DNA of 64,000 nucleotides from Oribacterium sp. (GTDB lineage Bacteria; Actinomycetota; Coriobacteriia; Coriobacteriales; Eggerthellaceae): NCBI GenBank assembly GCA_963592435.1, contig CAVAWT010000007.1, positions 1,297 to 65,296 of the forward strand, read 5' to 3'. Shown piece by piece: positions 1 to 8,575 of this stretch (position 1 is its first letter; each line of letters starts with the position of its first letter). The notes under the pieces were generated by a model. It saw only the letters and a program-made list of their open reading frames with translations, ran no database searches and was not told where the DNA came from. The position numbers and the translations under genes were made by a program.

Positions 1-3000
1 TATGCTTATTACACCAACCCTGGGTCAACATTGCAATATCAAGTGGAAATGTTTAATGATGGTAGCCAGTGGGTTGGAACAATACCTGCTGACGATTTAA
101 GTGTGCATGGTTGGTGGTACCTAGATGCGATACAGATTAAGAGTGGAGAGAAAGAGTCATTCGTTTATGACACGGCTGGTGCTCTGACTTCTGGCGACTT
201 CTTTGTAGGAAGTTTGTTCGAGGTCGCAGACATAGAGACTGAGATACCATATGATGGCGAAAATCACATCCCAACTGAGGTTGTTACGGATAAAATAACT
301 GGAGTTACCCTGACAAAAGGTACAGACTATAAGGTTGTTTACCTAGATGGTGAAGGAAATGAAATAACAGACTTAGACAAAGGTGCCATAGATGCTGGGA
401 ATTACACAATGCAAGTCATAGGTATTGGTGATCAGTATTCGGGTAATGACATCAAGAAAGAATACGAGATAACTAAAATCGCAATTGTGTTTAATGAGGT
501 CCCAGAGTCAAAGGATCTGACCTACACTGGCCAAGAGCAAGAGCTAGTTACTGCAGCTGAAACTGAAGGCGCAGAGGCGACTTATTATGCAGTTGCTAAC
601 GAAGCACCAGAAAAAGACGCAGAAGGGGTTTGGCAGACAGAAGTTCCGAAGTTAATTGATGCTGGAGACTACAAAGTTTATTATTGGTCGAAAGGTGATA
701 AGAACCATAAGGACACTGATGTCTTGGAGGCTGAAGGCGATGAAAAAATTAAGAAGTATGATATAACGGCAGTGCCTGAGGCTAAGCAAAAGATATATGA
801 CGCAACGACTAGTGCTGAGGCGTATATATCCAACGTGCGCGGTGTTGAAGGTGAGATCTTGTCATTTGACAACGTGCTGGGGGAGTATTCGGACAAGAAC
901 GTATCCGACAGCACGAAGGTCATAATAACAAATCAAAACGATATTCAGGTGACGGTTACTGGTGGTCAAGCAAAAGTAGAAAATTATGAGATAACATACA
1001 ATGTCGATGAGGCTTACGCGAAAATTTCACCTAGACCGATAACGATTGAAATTCCGCAGGAGGCGATTCACTACTCGAAAACTTATGACGGGACTAATAA
1101 AGCGCAAATAGACGAGTTTATTGTGGACACAGGCTTTGAAACTGATCAGTTAACGGTGTCTGGTCTCACAGCGGAGTATGCGACGAAGAATGTTGGAGTT
1201 GACATTCCGATAACCATTCCAAACCTTGATAGTGCAACGATAGCTGGTCGCGAAGGAACGCTTATAAGCAACTACAGCTTATCTCCTCTAGTTGCAGACA
1301 ATTTGAAAGGTGAAATAACACAAAAGAGAGCAATTATTGCTGCCGCTGATAAAGAGATGGAATATGGAGAGAGCGTGCCAGAGTTGACGCTTGAGAATTT
1401 GGCAGACTTTGTTGATGGGGAAGTCCCGGAGCTAGGAGTTGATTACACTCTTCAATGTAGCGCGACATCCCTAAGTGCTCCTGGTTATTATGTAATTAAT
1501 GTTGTGGCAAATGATACGGATTTGATGAAAAATTATTCAATAGTTAATTCTAGAGGCGTGTTGACCATCAAACAAGGCGACACCTTCACTGTGCGTTTTG
1601 ACTCAAATGGAGCCGATGAGGGTGAAATGGAGGATCAGGTCATTAAATGTGACGTCCTGACTCCTTTGAATGCAAATCAGTTTAAACGAGAAGGATACAC
1701 GTTCCTCGGATGGAGCACAGAGAGGAAAGCAACAGCTCCATCATTGACTAATGAAGCGGCTGTCAAAAATCTAACTGAACGTGCGGGAAGGGTGACGCTT
1801 TATGCAGTGTGGCATGATGATACAGAGCCATTACCTGACGAGAAGGAGTGCTACACTGTTGTTTATGACTCAAACGGTGGAACAGATGGTGTTATGGTAA
1901 GCCAGCTAATAGAGAGAGACAAATCAACTAAGCTTGCTAAGAACATCTATACAAAAGCAGGTTACACTTTCCTCGGCTGGTCTGATGATAAAGATGCTGA
2001 AACAAGATCGATTGAAGACGCAGCCTATGTTCTTAATCTAGCTGAAAAAGGAGAGACGATAACGCTCTACGCAGTTTGGAGCGAAAATCCAGACGACGTC
2101 GATCCTCAAGAAGGTTACACGGTCAAATTTGATTCAAATGGTGGCGAAGGCACCATGAGTGACCAAGTAATAGAAGTAACCAGATCGACAGTATTGAGCA
2201 AGAATTTGTTCTATAAGACTGGATATAGATTCTTGGGTTGGGCAATGTACAAAGAGGCAACTAGTGCGCAATTAGCAGATCAAGCAGTTGTCACGCAACT
2301 TGCAGAAAGTGGTGAAACGATCAGACTCTACGCTGTTTGGCAGGATGCGAGCGAAGAGCCGATCGATCCAGAAGTTGATGGATATACGATCCAATTTGAC
2401 GCAAATGGTGGCATAGGAATGATGGCTGACCAAGTCATTGCAGTCGACAAGACGACGAAGCTAAGCAAGAGCATTTTCAAGAGGAGTGGTTACACTTTCT
2501 GGGGATGGTCAACCAATGCAGATTCGACAGTGATTTCATTGACGGACGAACAAGAAGTGCTTAACATTGCAGACGCGGGCTCAAAAATCACACTTTATGC
2601 TGTTTGGTGGGATGATTCGGCACCAATGCCTGATCCAGCTAATTCATATGTGGTGCACTATGAATCAAATGGTGGGTATGGATCAATGTCTGACCAAACG
2701 ATTGATGCAGACACCCCAACCAAGCTTGCGACAAATATGTATAGAAGAGCAGGTTTTACGTTCCTAGGGTGGTCAGCATATGCTGACGCTAATGTTCCTT
2801 CGCTTAACAATGAAGCTGAAGTTACACACCTCGCTGACAAGGGGAAGACAATAACACTCTATGCTATCTGGAAGGAAGGCACAGTTGAGCCAATAACAGA
2901 GGGCTACACGATCCATTATGATGCAAATGGTGGATCAGGAACGATGTCCGATCAGCTTGTTGCAACGAATAAGGTAACGTACCTAGCAAAGAACATTTTT

Positions 3001-4410
3001 GTAAGGTCTGGTTATAGATTCTTAGGGTGGTCTATTGATAAGGAAGCTAGCGTTGCTTCCCTCACTGATAGCCAAAGAGTTGCACATCTCGCTAACACAG
3101 GAGAAACCATAACACTATATGCTGTTTGGCAGAGCGAGTCAGAAAGGCCTATTGACGAAACTAAGGCATACACAGTGTGCTTTGATGCTAACGGCGGTAA
3201 TGGCGTGATGGCTGATCAAAAGATTGAGGTCGGCACGACGACAAAATTGGCAACAAACACTTATATCCCAGTTGAAGGTTATGAGTTCTTAGGATGGTCT
3301 CCAGATGCAGATGCAACTGATGCATCGTTGCTCGATGGTGCAGAAGTTACCAATTTGGCTAAACAAGGACAAAAGATTATTCTCTTTGCAGTTTGGAAGC
3401 TAAGCACTGAACCTCCAGCACCTACCCAGACCTTCACGGTTAAGTTTGATGCAAATGGTGGATCAGGCACGATGAACAGCCAGACAATTGCCATTGACAC
3501 AACGTCCAAGCTTGCTGCGAATGTCTTCACTAAGGAAGGGAATTCATTCTTGGGTTGGGCAAAAGACAAGAACGCAACAACGCCTGATTATAGCGATTCG
3601 TCGACTGTAACAAATTTGACAACAGGTGGTAAAACAATAACCTTATATGCGGTCTGGGAGTCAATCTACTCAAAAGCCACGAAGACTCCGAATGTCAAGA
3701 CTGGGCTTGTTTACGACGGAACAAAACAGGCCCTTATCACACAAGGTGAATCTTACGGAGGCACGCTTGTCTATGGAGTTTCTGAGACAGAGGAAGCTTC
3801 TGGAGTGAGTGAGTGGAGCGAGGCGGTTCCACAGGCAACGAACGCTGGAACCTATAATATCTTCTATTACGTCAAGGCAGACGAGAGACATGTTGATTCC
3901 GAAGTTTCCGAGTTGCAGACAGTTGTAATCGGGAAGCGTAAGGCCGAGGTAGTGGTTGATGATACCAGTCAGAGTCAGTCGACATATGCTAATAATGAAG
4001 ACAATTTTGTTGAAGGAGATTCATCGTCTGAGAAGTTTGTTGCAGGCAACAATGAGGCAGTGAAGCCTGTAGTAAGTGTTTCTAACCTTGTTGAAGGTGA
4101 TGTCCTGACACAAGATGTTGACTATAACTTATCAGACGTTGCGTCAACCTCTTCTGCAAGGTATGAGATAACAGCGCAATCGACTGATGCAATGAATAAC
4201 TATGAACTGACGCCAGCTAGTGACACGGTTGTCGTGAAGAGCGTTTCTGCACCAGAAAGTGGCGTCTCGGATGCCAATAAGGAGGTTTCTAATGAGAAGA
4301 GCGGTAGCCCCACTGGAATAGCAGTTACGTTCGTTAGTATACTCATGATTGCAGGAGCGATTGCATTCGTGGTTGCAAGGAAGACAAAAAAAGATAAATT
4401 ACCACGATAA
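1..4410 (+). CDS. Giant cell-surface adhesin-like protein (5' end outside window): YDG/MBG-type modules, 8 Listeria-Bacteroides (Flg_new-type) repeats, C-terminal membrane anchor
   Basis: Frame 1 is open from nt 1 (no stop before the listed TTG at 31), so the gene starts upstream. Recurrent 'K(T/I)YDG..' and 'AG(D/N/T)Y' modules. Eight '[YF]T[VI]xFDxNGGxGxM ... GYxFLGW ... TLYAVW' units. C-terminal hydrophobic 'IAVTFVSILMIAGAIAFVVA' followed by 'RKTKKDK'. Confidence 0.8.
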   Translation, partial: YAYYTNPGSTLQYQVEMFNDGSQWVGTIPADDLSVHGWWYLDAIQIKSGEKESFVYDTAGALTSGDFFVGSLFEVADIETEIPYDGENHIPTEVVTDKITGVTLTKGTDYKVVYLDGEGNEITDLDKGAIDAGNYTMQVIGIGDQYSGNDIKKEYEITKIAIVFNEVPESKDLTYTGQEQELVTAAETEGAEATYYAVANEAPEKDAEGVWQTEVPKLIDAGDYKVYYWSKGDKNHKDTDVLEAEGDEKIKKYDITAVPEAKQKIYDATTSAEAYISNVRGVEGEILSFDNVLGEYSDKNVSDSTKVIITNQNDIQVTVTGGQAKVENYEITYNVDEAYAKISPRPITIEIPQEAIHYSKTYDGTNKAQIDEFIVDTGFETDQLTVSGLTAEYATKNVGVDIPITIPNLDSATIAGREGTLISNYSLSPLVADNLKGEITQKRAIIAAADKEMEYGESVPELTLENLADFVDGEVPELGVDYTLQCSATSLSAPGYYVINVVANDTDLMKNYSIVNSRGVLTIKQGDTFTVRFDSNGADEGEMEDQVIKCDVLTPLNANQFKREGYTFLGWSTERKATAPSLTNEAAVKNLTERAGRVTLYAVWHDDTEPLPDEKECYTVVYDSNGGTDGVMVSQLIERDKSTKLAKNIYTKAGYTFLGWSDDKDAETRSIEDAAYVLNLAEKGETITLYAVWSENPDDVDPQEGYTVKFDSNGGEGTMSDQVIEVTRSTVLSKNLFYKTGYRFLGWAMYKEATSAQLADQAVVTQLAESGETIRLYAVWQDASEEPIDPEVDGYTIQFDANGGIGMMADQVIAVDKTTKLSKSIFKRSGYTFWGWSTNADSTVISLTDEQEVLNIADAGSKITLYAVWWDDSAPMPDPANSYVVHYESNGGYGSMSDQTIDADTPTKLATNMYRRAGFTFLGWSAYADANVPSLNNEAEVTHLADKGKTITLYAIWKEGTVEPITEGYTIHYDANGGSGTMSDQLVATNKVTYLAKNIFVRSGYRFLGWSIDKEASVASLTDSQRVAHLANTGETITLYAVWQSESERPIDETKAYTVCFDANGGNGVMADQKIEVGTTTKLATNTYIPVEGYEFLGWSPDADATDASLLDGAEVTNLAKQGQKIILFAVWKLSTEPPAPTQTFTVKFDANGGSGTMNSQTIAIDTTSKLAANVFTKEGNSFLGWAKDKNATTPDYSDSSTVTNLTTGGKTITLYAVWESIYSKATKTPNVKTGLVYDGTKQALITQGESYGGTLVYGVSETEEASGVSEWSEAVPQATNAGTYNIFYYVKADERHVDSEVSELQTVVIGKRKAEVVVDDTSQSQSTYANNEDNFVEGDSSSEKFVAGNNEAVKPVVSVSNLVEGDVLTQDVDYNLSDVASTSSARYEITAQSTDAMNNYELTPASDTVVVKSVSAPESGVSDANKEVSNEKSGSPTGIAVTFVSILMIAGAIAFVVARKTKKDKLPR
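1585..3657 (+). repeat. Eight tandem in-frame coding repeats (Listeria-Bacteroides repeat units) inside the adhesin gene
   Basis: Unit starts read at nt 1585, 1852, 2116, 2383, 2647, 2905, 3169 and 3433, giving a period of 258-267 nt. Each unit begins [FY]T[VI].[FY][DE][SA]NGG and ends TLYA[VI]W. Confidence 0.85.
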
Positions 4411-4463
4411 GTGGTATACTTTAAGTGAGAAAAGTTAAGCGTCGATTAAGGAATGGGTTTGAA

Positions 4464-5336
4464 ATGGATAGCAAAGTAAAAGAAGAGCTTAAGACAAGCG
4501 TTGACATGTCAGACGATGTGGCATCGGAAGATGGGATTGTGCAAGAAGAAATGGGCGCACAAGAGAACGCGAAAAAGAAGCATTCGAGTGGAGTTTCGCG
4601 AAGGGGATTGCTTGGAGGTGCTGCGGCGGCAGTGATAGTCGGAGCGGGCGGTGCTATGGCTGTTCCTCTGTTGAGTAATGCGGAAACAGGTGACTCAAGT
4701 GCAGCAACCAAACAAGACATCGCCAAACTTGAATATGAGTTGTCGCAGCTGACCAAGTCGTCGGACGATGCTGAGCTTGTATCTCATAAGGTTACCAAAA
4801 TTGACGAAACATGCACTGATGTTCAGTATCCATCAGCGAAAGCAGCATTTAATGCACTAGAGGGAAAGGTCAAGGTCGACCAAGGTAAGGAATATGCAGG
4901 ATACATCTTCAAAGTGAATGAAGAAGGCAATGTCATTGTTTCAAAGTTCTGCGATGACGAGTTGAGCGAGGTTTCCCTAAATCCTGTAGAGAATCGTGTT
5001 ATATTTAAGGAATTGCAAGATATTAAGCGATTGCTGAAGGAGCTTGACCTTGTTCCAACAAAGGATAGTAAACATGGCGTCGAGAGTGGCGGTGTTTACA
5101 AGACCTACCAGGAAACGACTGAGAAGAAAGATCTGAACGATTTGAAGATGGGTGTTAACTACAAATATACAGGGAAATTAATTGGCGGTGTTACATCCGC
5201 TGGTGATGAGGACCCATCGTTCTCAGTTAGAAAAATAGATACGACTCTTATGGCTATTAATCAGACAGATCCATCGATGGTATTTACAAGCGCAGACAAC
5301 GGTGGTACTTGGGGTGCCCCTTACGGAGGTTGGTAA
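4464..5336 (+). CDS. Putative exported protein with twin-arginine-type signal; paralog of 18093..18899
   Basis: ATG at 4464 lies about 10 nt after 'AAGGAA'; the ORF track starts at GTG 4425. 'SRRGLLGGAAAAVIVGAGGAMAVPLLSNA' is an RR motif plus hydrophobic region. Shares 'QYP.AKA', 'NPV.N' and 'Y.TYQET.E...L....LKMGVNY.YTG' with the 18093 ORF. Confidence 0.65.
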   Translation: MDSKVKEELKTSVDMSDDVASEDGIVQEEMGAQENAKKKHSSGVSRRGLLGGAAAAVIVGAGGAMAVPLLSNAETGDSSAATKQDIAKLEYELSQLTKSSDDAELVSHKVTKIDETCTDVQYPSAKAAFNALEGKVKVDQGKEYAGYIFKVNEEGNVIVSKFCDDELSEVSLNPVENRVIFKELQDIKRLLKELDLVPTKDSKHGVESGGVYKTYQETTEKKDLNDLKMGVNYKYTGKLIGGVTSAGDEDPSFSVRKIDTTLMAINQTDPSMVFTSADNGGTWGAPYGGW

Positions 5337-5394
5337 GAGGACAGTTTCTCAATTCATTGGAATCTTAAATTAGTAGATAAGGAGTTAAAAAGTA

Positions 5395-6060
5395 ATGAGT
5401 GAAACAGTATTCAAATTGGAAAAATTCGACGCTGCCGACTACGATAAATTTATATCTGACTATAAGCAAGATGTGAAGCTTGAGGAGAATGCTAAAGGTA
5501 AAGAGATCGACAAGGAAGATTTTAAGTTTGCTTTAAATCCAACAATCCTTTCACCCGTCGCAAAGGTTGATGTCAAAGGGCTTGAGTTTGAAGATAAGAA
5601 GAGATTTCTCAAATTGTGTTTGTCCTGCAACTGCATTGACAATGCAGTGATAGTTTCTAACTTGGTAGTTCTCGCTCAAGGCAGGTTGATTGAGGAAGAG
5701 TTGTATGAAAGTGAGGATGTCTTCTTTAATGACGACATTGAGTTCTTGGATATATGCACTGACTTGCGCGATGACATACTTGAATTCAATACTCAAATCG
5801 TGACATATTTTTTGGCGGCTCTAAAATCTATGGCCAGTCTGATTGGGGATGGTGCAGAGCACATACCGAACACTTTCTTTATCGCTTTACAGTCCTACAC
5901 AATGAAGAACATAAGCGTAGCTATGCAAAAGGTCAGCGTCAATTATGATGAGCTTCCTAAGGTATTAAATGGGGATGTCGTAATAAATTCAATTTGCGCA
6001 GAGGCGACTCTTGTGGGGGATTTTATGACAGACTTGATTAAACAAATAACTGATGAATAA
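5395..6060 (+). CDS. Hypothetical acidic cytoplasmic protein
   Basis: 221-aa ORF. ATG is preceded by 'AAGGAG' with an 8-nt spacer. No TM segment or signal peptide seen, and no motif I recognise. Confidence 0.6.
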   Translation: MSETVFKLEKFDAADYDKFISDYKQDVKLEENAKGKEIDKEDFKFALNPTILSPVAKVDVKGLEFEDKKRFLKLCLSCNCIDNAVIVSNLVVLAQGRLIEEELYESEDVFFNDDIEFLDICTDLRDDILEFNTQIVTYFLAALKSMASLIGDGAEHIPNTFFIALQSYTMKNISVAMQKVSVNYDELPKVLNGDVVINSICAEATLVGDFMTDLIKQITDE

Positions 6061-6083
6061 ATAATAAGGATAAGGTGAAGGAT

Positions 6084-6839
6084 ATGTCTATTAAGAAAAC
6101 ATGGGACTTTGAAAAGGTGATAGCATCAGCAACTGATGCTGTGACTGCAATCCCAGCTGATAATATAGGTAGTCCAGCAAGTTTACCTGCTCAGTTAACT
6201 GAGAAGGGTTACGACTTTGTACCTCAGTCAAAATTGACTGGCACTTATGGTGGTGTGACTTGGGGCAGTCAGAAATTCACTGTTCAATGGAAACTTCAGC
6301 CAGCGGGCGGGGTTCCTGCGAGCATGCTTAAAGCTGTAACAACTGATACTGTTAGATCTCAATTTCAACAATTGTTGAAAGCTAACGGTTTGACAAAAAA
6401 TAATTTCGAAGGGAAAATCATTTCGGCTAGGACGATTCAAGCGATCGTTCAGACGGTAATGATCTTTATTCGTGCTAGATTTGTTATTTATGTCGATCCT
6501 TCTGGGGAAACTTCGCTTCAACTATATGACCAAGGTGATGTTGAATATTCATCGATAGGAAATTATGATTACCAGATTACTGACGCTGCATCGAAATTTA
6601 CTGTTGATAATTTCAACACAGTGATGGGGCGTGCAGTGGCTTCCTCGGTATATAACATAAGAATAAGGAAAGAAGACTTTGCTGTAACGTACACATGCAC
6701 ATCGTCAAGCAGCAGTTGTTCATCATCGTCGTCGAGTAGTTCTTCATGTAGCAGTTGTTCATCAAGCTGTTCTTCCTCGAGCTGTTCGTCTAGCTGTAGC
6801 TCGAGCATCTTTATTGCATATATGAATTTAGGAAGATAG
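6084..6839 (+). CDS. Ser/Cys-tailed protein 1 (35-residue pure Ser/Cys tract + 'IFIAYMNLGR' terminus)
   Basis: ATG 6084 follows 'AAGGTGAAGG'; the track starts at GTG 6075. The tail reads ..YTCT-S5-C-S9-C-S2-C-S3-C-S4-C-S3-C-S3-IFIAYMNLGR*. It is a paralog of the next ORF. Confidence 0.75.
   Translation: MSIKKTWDFEKVIASATDAVTAIPADNIGSPASLPAQLTEKGYDFVPQSKLTGTYGGVTWGSQKFTVQWKLQPAGGVPASMLKAVTTDTVRSQFQQLLKANGLTKNNFEGKIISARTIQAIVQTVMIFIRARFVIYVDPSGETSLQLYDQGDVEYSSIGNYDYQITDAASKFTVDNFNTVMGRAVASSVYNIRIRKEDFAVTYTCTSSSSSCSSSSSSSSSCSSCSSSCSSSSCSSSCSSSIFIAYMNLGR
6702..6806 (+). other. Coding low-complexity tract: 35 consecutive Ser/Cys codons (6 Cys)
   Basis: Codons read directly: tcg tca agc agc agt tgt tca tca tcg tcg tcg agt agt tct tca tgt agc agt tgt tca tca agc tgt tct tcc tcg agc tgt tcg tct agc tgt agc tcg agc. 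Confidence 0.95.
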
Positions 6840-6854
6840 GAAAGGTGATGTAGT

Positions 6855-7592
6855 ATGGCTGAGAGTCTTGAATTTACATATGATACATTAATTGAGTACA
6901 CGATTAGTCAGTTCAAAAATTACTATAAAAACATAGATTCAATTAGTTCTTCTGAGATCCACAATAGTATTTTGAATTACGAGAAGGTAATAAATGTGGA
7001 GGGAGCAGGCATCAACGATGGTCCCGTATCTCAACCGCGAAATAGCGGAGGGAAGAAGAGTACTGTCAAAGTTACAATCAAGGGCACGGCAGCGACTTTG
7101 CCTTCAGTGGTGACTTCTAGCACCTTAAAGACATATTTACAAAATAACACAAAAACTATAACTAAAGTGTCAAATTTGACAGATACAGTTAATGCGAAGG
7201 GTCTTCTTGCATACCTGCAGTTCATCGATTACGTTTTAAAAACAAGCACAATCATATTTAAGACGAAAAATGATATGACGGACCAGTATGGTTACCCATG
7301 CCTTAGCTCATCGTTGCCAACGTATACAGGACTCTATCTTGATCAGGACAAGGATAACAAGATCAAAGCAGATGACTTTAAAAGCTTGACCAACAACTTT
7401 CAGTATGTTGCTCAAAAATATAGTCCTTTCTTGACAACTGCATCGTTCACTCCGAATGTCACTAGTTCCTGTTCTTCGTGTTCTAGTTCTAGTTCTTGCT
7501 CCAGCTGTTCTTCTTCGTGCAGTTCGAGTTGTAGTTCATCAAGTTGCTCTTCTTCTTCTTGGTTTATCGCATTTATGAATTTGGTCGGCTAG
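6855..7592 (+). CDS. Ser/Cys-tailed protein 2 (32-residue pure Ser/Cys tract + 'WFIAFMNLVG' terminus)
   Basis: ATG 6855 follows 'GGAAAGGTGATG'. The tail reads ..NVT-S2-C-S2-C-S5-C-S2-C-S3-C-S3-C-S4-C-S4-WFIAFMNLVG*. It lies 23 nt upstream of the first radical-SAM gene. Confidence 0.75.
   Translation: MAESLEFTYDTLIEYTISQFKNYYKNIDSISSSEIHNSILNYEKVINVEGAGINDGPVSQPRNSGGKKSTVKVTIKGTAATLPSVVTSSTLKTYLQNNTKTITKVSNLTDTVNAKGLLAYLQFIDYVLKTSTIIFKTKNDMTDQYGYPCLSSSLPTYTGLYLDQDKDNKIKADDFKSLTNNFQYVAQKYSPFLTTASFTPNVTSSCSSCSSSSSCSSCSSSCSSSCSSSSCSSSSWFIAFMNLVG
7464..7559 (+). other. Coding low-complexity tract: 32 consecutive Ser/Cys codons (7 Cys)
   Basis: Read directly: agt tcc tgt tct tcg tgt tct agt tct agt tct tgc tcc agc tgt tct tct tcg tgc agt tcg agt tgt agt tca tca agt tgc tct tct tct tct. 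Confidence 0.95.
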
Positions 7593-7615
7593 CAATTAGA
7601 TAGGGGTTTGCTAGT

Positions 7616-8575
7616 ATGACAATGATCCAGTATGGAATCCATTCGAAATGTAATGGAGCGTGCAAGTTTTGTCTTATTGAGGACAGAACTGTTCTGTCGA
7701 TGGATGAGATTTACAATGAACTAAGACGTTTAAAAGACAACATTAAATTTATTGCTACGCAGGAGGAGAATTGGACTAACGTTTACTCTGATGGGATTTC
7801 CCTTTTAGGTGGAGAGCTATATTTTCTAAAAGATGAAACGTACAAAGAGCTTTTTCTTGAGGTAATTGATGCAGTCATTGAATATGTCCTAATTCCTTCC
7901 CCTAACCATGAGGTTAGATATTCCACGGTCACTAATGGCTACTACGATCCAGCTTGGATGTTATATCCTGTCGTTGACAAGATACGTGATGCTGTTGGAA
8001 TGTCACATGTTGATGTTAATTTCAGTTTTGATCTCGATTATCGCTTTGCTAACGAGCAACACAAGCAGGCGGTGCTCTCAACAATCAATAGCTTTCATGA
8101 GAGGTATAACTATCGAGCTTGTGTTCAGATGATATTGACCCAGAAGGTAATAGATAGAATTCTTTATGAGGGTTGGAGACCTACTAAATTTACTGAAGAT
8201 AATTTTCCGGGAAACCAGTTGACTCTACTATATCCTCATAACATTCACAGAGGGAATGATTTTAAGGGTTCACACAATTTAGAAGGTTTTTTCTTTACGA
8301 GGGAATCTTTCTTAAAAGCGATGCGGATCTTAAAGAAAGAGGATCCATTTCTTTTCGAATCCTTCCTCAAAAGCACGAGAAACTCAGCGATTTTTAAGCC
8401 TACGGGGTTGTATTTTAAAGGAGACACTGGCTGGGCTGAGCAGACTCCAATTTATGCTGGTGGCAAAGAGGTTGTTAACAAAGACTGCAAACTTGGTCAT
8501 AGTGTTCTTTACAGATGCTACAAGGACAGTGACAGGTGCATGCTCTGTGACCTTGAGGCGATTAATGGCGTATGA
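7616..8575 (+). CDS. Radical-SAM-like protein, short 'C' subfamily (C1)
   Basis: N-terminal 'CNGACKFC' (CxxxCxxC), 'LLGGELYF' (GGE-type SAM motif), 'FSFDLDYRF', 'MILTQKV', C-terminal 'DSDRCMLCD'. Its stop overlaps the next gene's start. Confidence 0.7.
   Translation: MTMIQYGIHSKCNGACKFCLIEDRTVLSMDEIYNELRRLKDNIKFIATQEENWTNVYSDGISLLGGELYFLKDETYKELFLEVIDAVIEYVLIPSPNHEVRYSTVTNGYYDPAWMLYPVVDKIRDAVGMSHVDVNFSFDLDYRFANEQHKQAVLSTINSFHERYNYRACVQMILTQKVIDRILYEGWRPTKFTEDNFPGNQLTLLYPHNIHRGNDFKGSHNLEGFFFTRESFLKAMRILKKEDPFLFESFLKSTRNSAIFKPTGLYFKGDTGWAEQTPIYAGGKEVVNKDCKLGHSVLYRCYKDSDRCMLCDLEAINGV

Noticed and set aside
6569-6901. 110-aa minus-strand ORF with an acidic/Leu-rich run ('EELLDDDDEQLLLDD') antisense to the Ser/Cys tail of 6084..6839
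   Set aside because: It is the mirror image of the Ser/Cys codon tract (AGC/TCG/TGT read backwards give Leu/Asp/Glu/Gln). It spans the junction of two well-supported plus-strand genes and has no RBS. I treat it as an antisense artefact.
4464-7592. Prophage structural-module interpretation of the island head, from the 'YP.AKA' tail-fibre-like motif and the unknown ~250-aa proteins
   Set aside because: No terminase, portal, capsid, tape-measure, holin/lysin or integrase-like ORFs occur anywhere in the window. The genes are contiguous and co-directional with the radical-SAM operon.
7599-7610. Shared 11-mer 'ataggggtttg' upstream of C1 (7600-7610) and upstream of A4 (15793-15803), considered as a common operator
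   Set aside because: A single shared 11-mer is expected many times by chance among all position pairs in 64 kb (roughly 2e9 pairs against 4e6 possible 11-mers). The flanking sequence is not conserved.
8454-8567. Upstream extension of the B1-A1 fusion ORF (track start 8454), overlapping 122 nt of the C1 gene
   Set aside because: The extension translates the C1 3' end in another frame. The in-frame ATG at 8568 gives the ATG/TGA overlap typical of coupling, and an N-terminus that matches paralogs B5 and B7.
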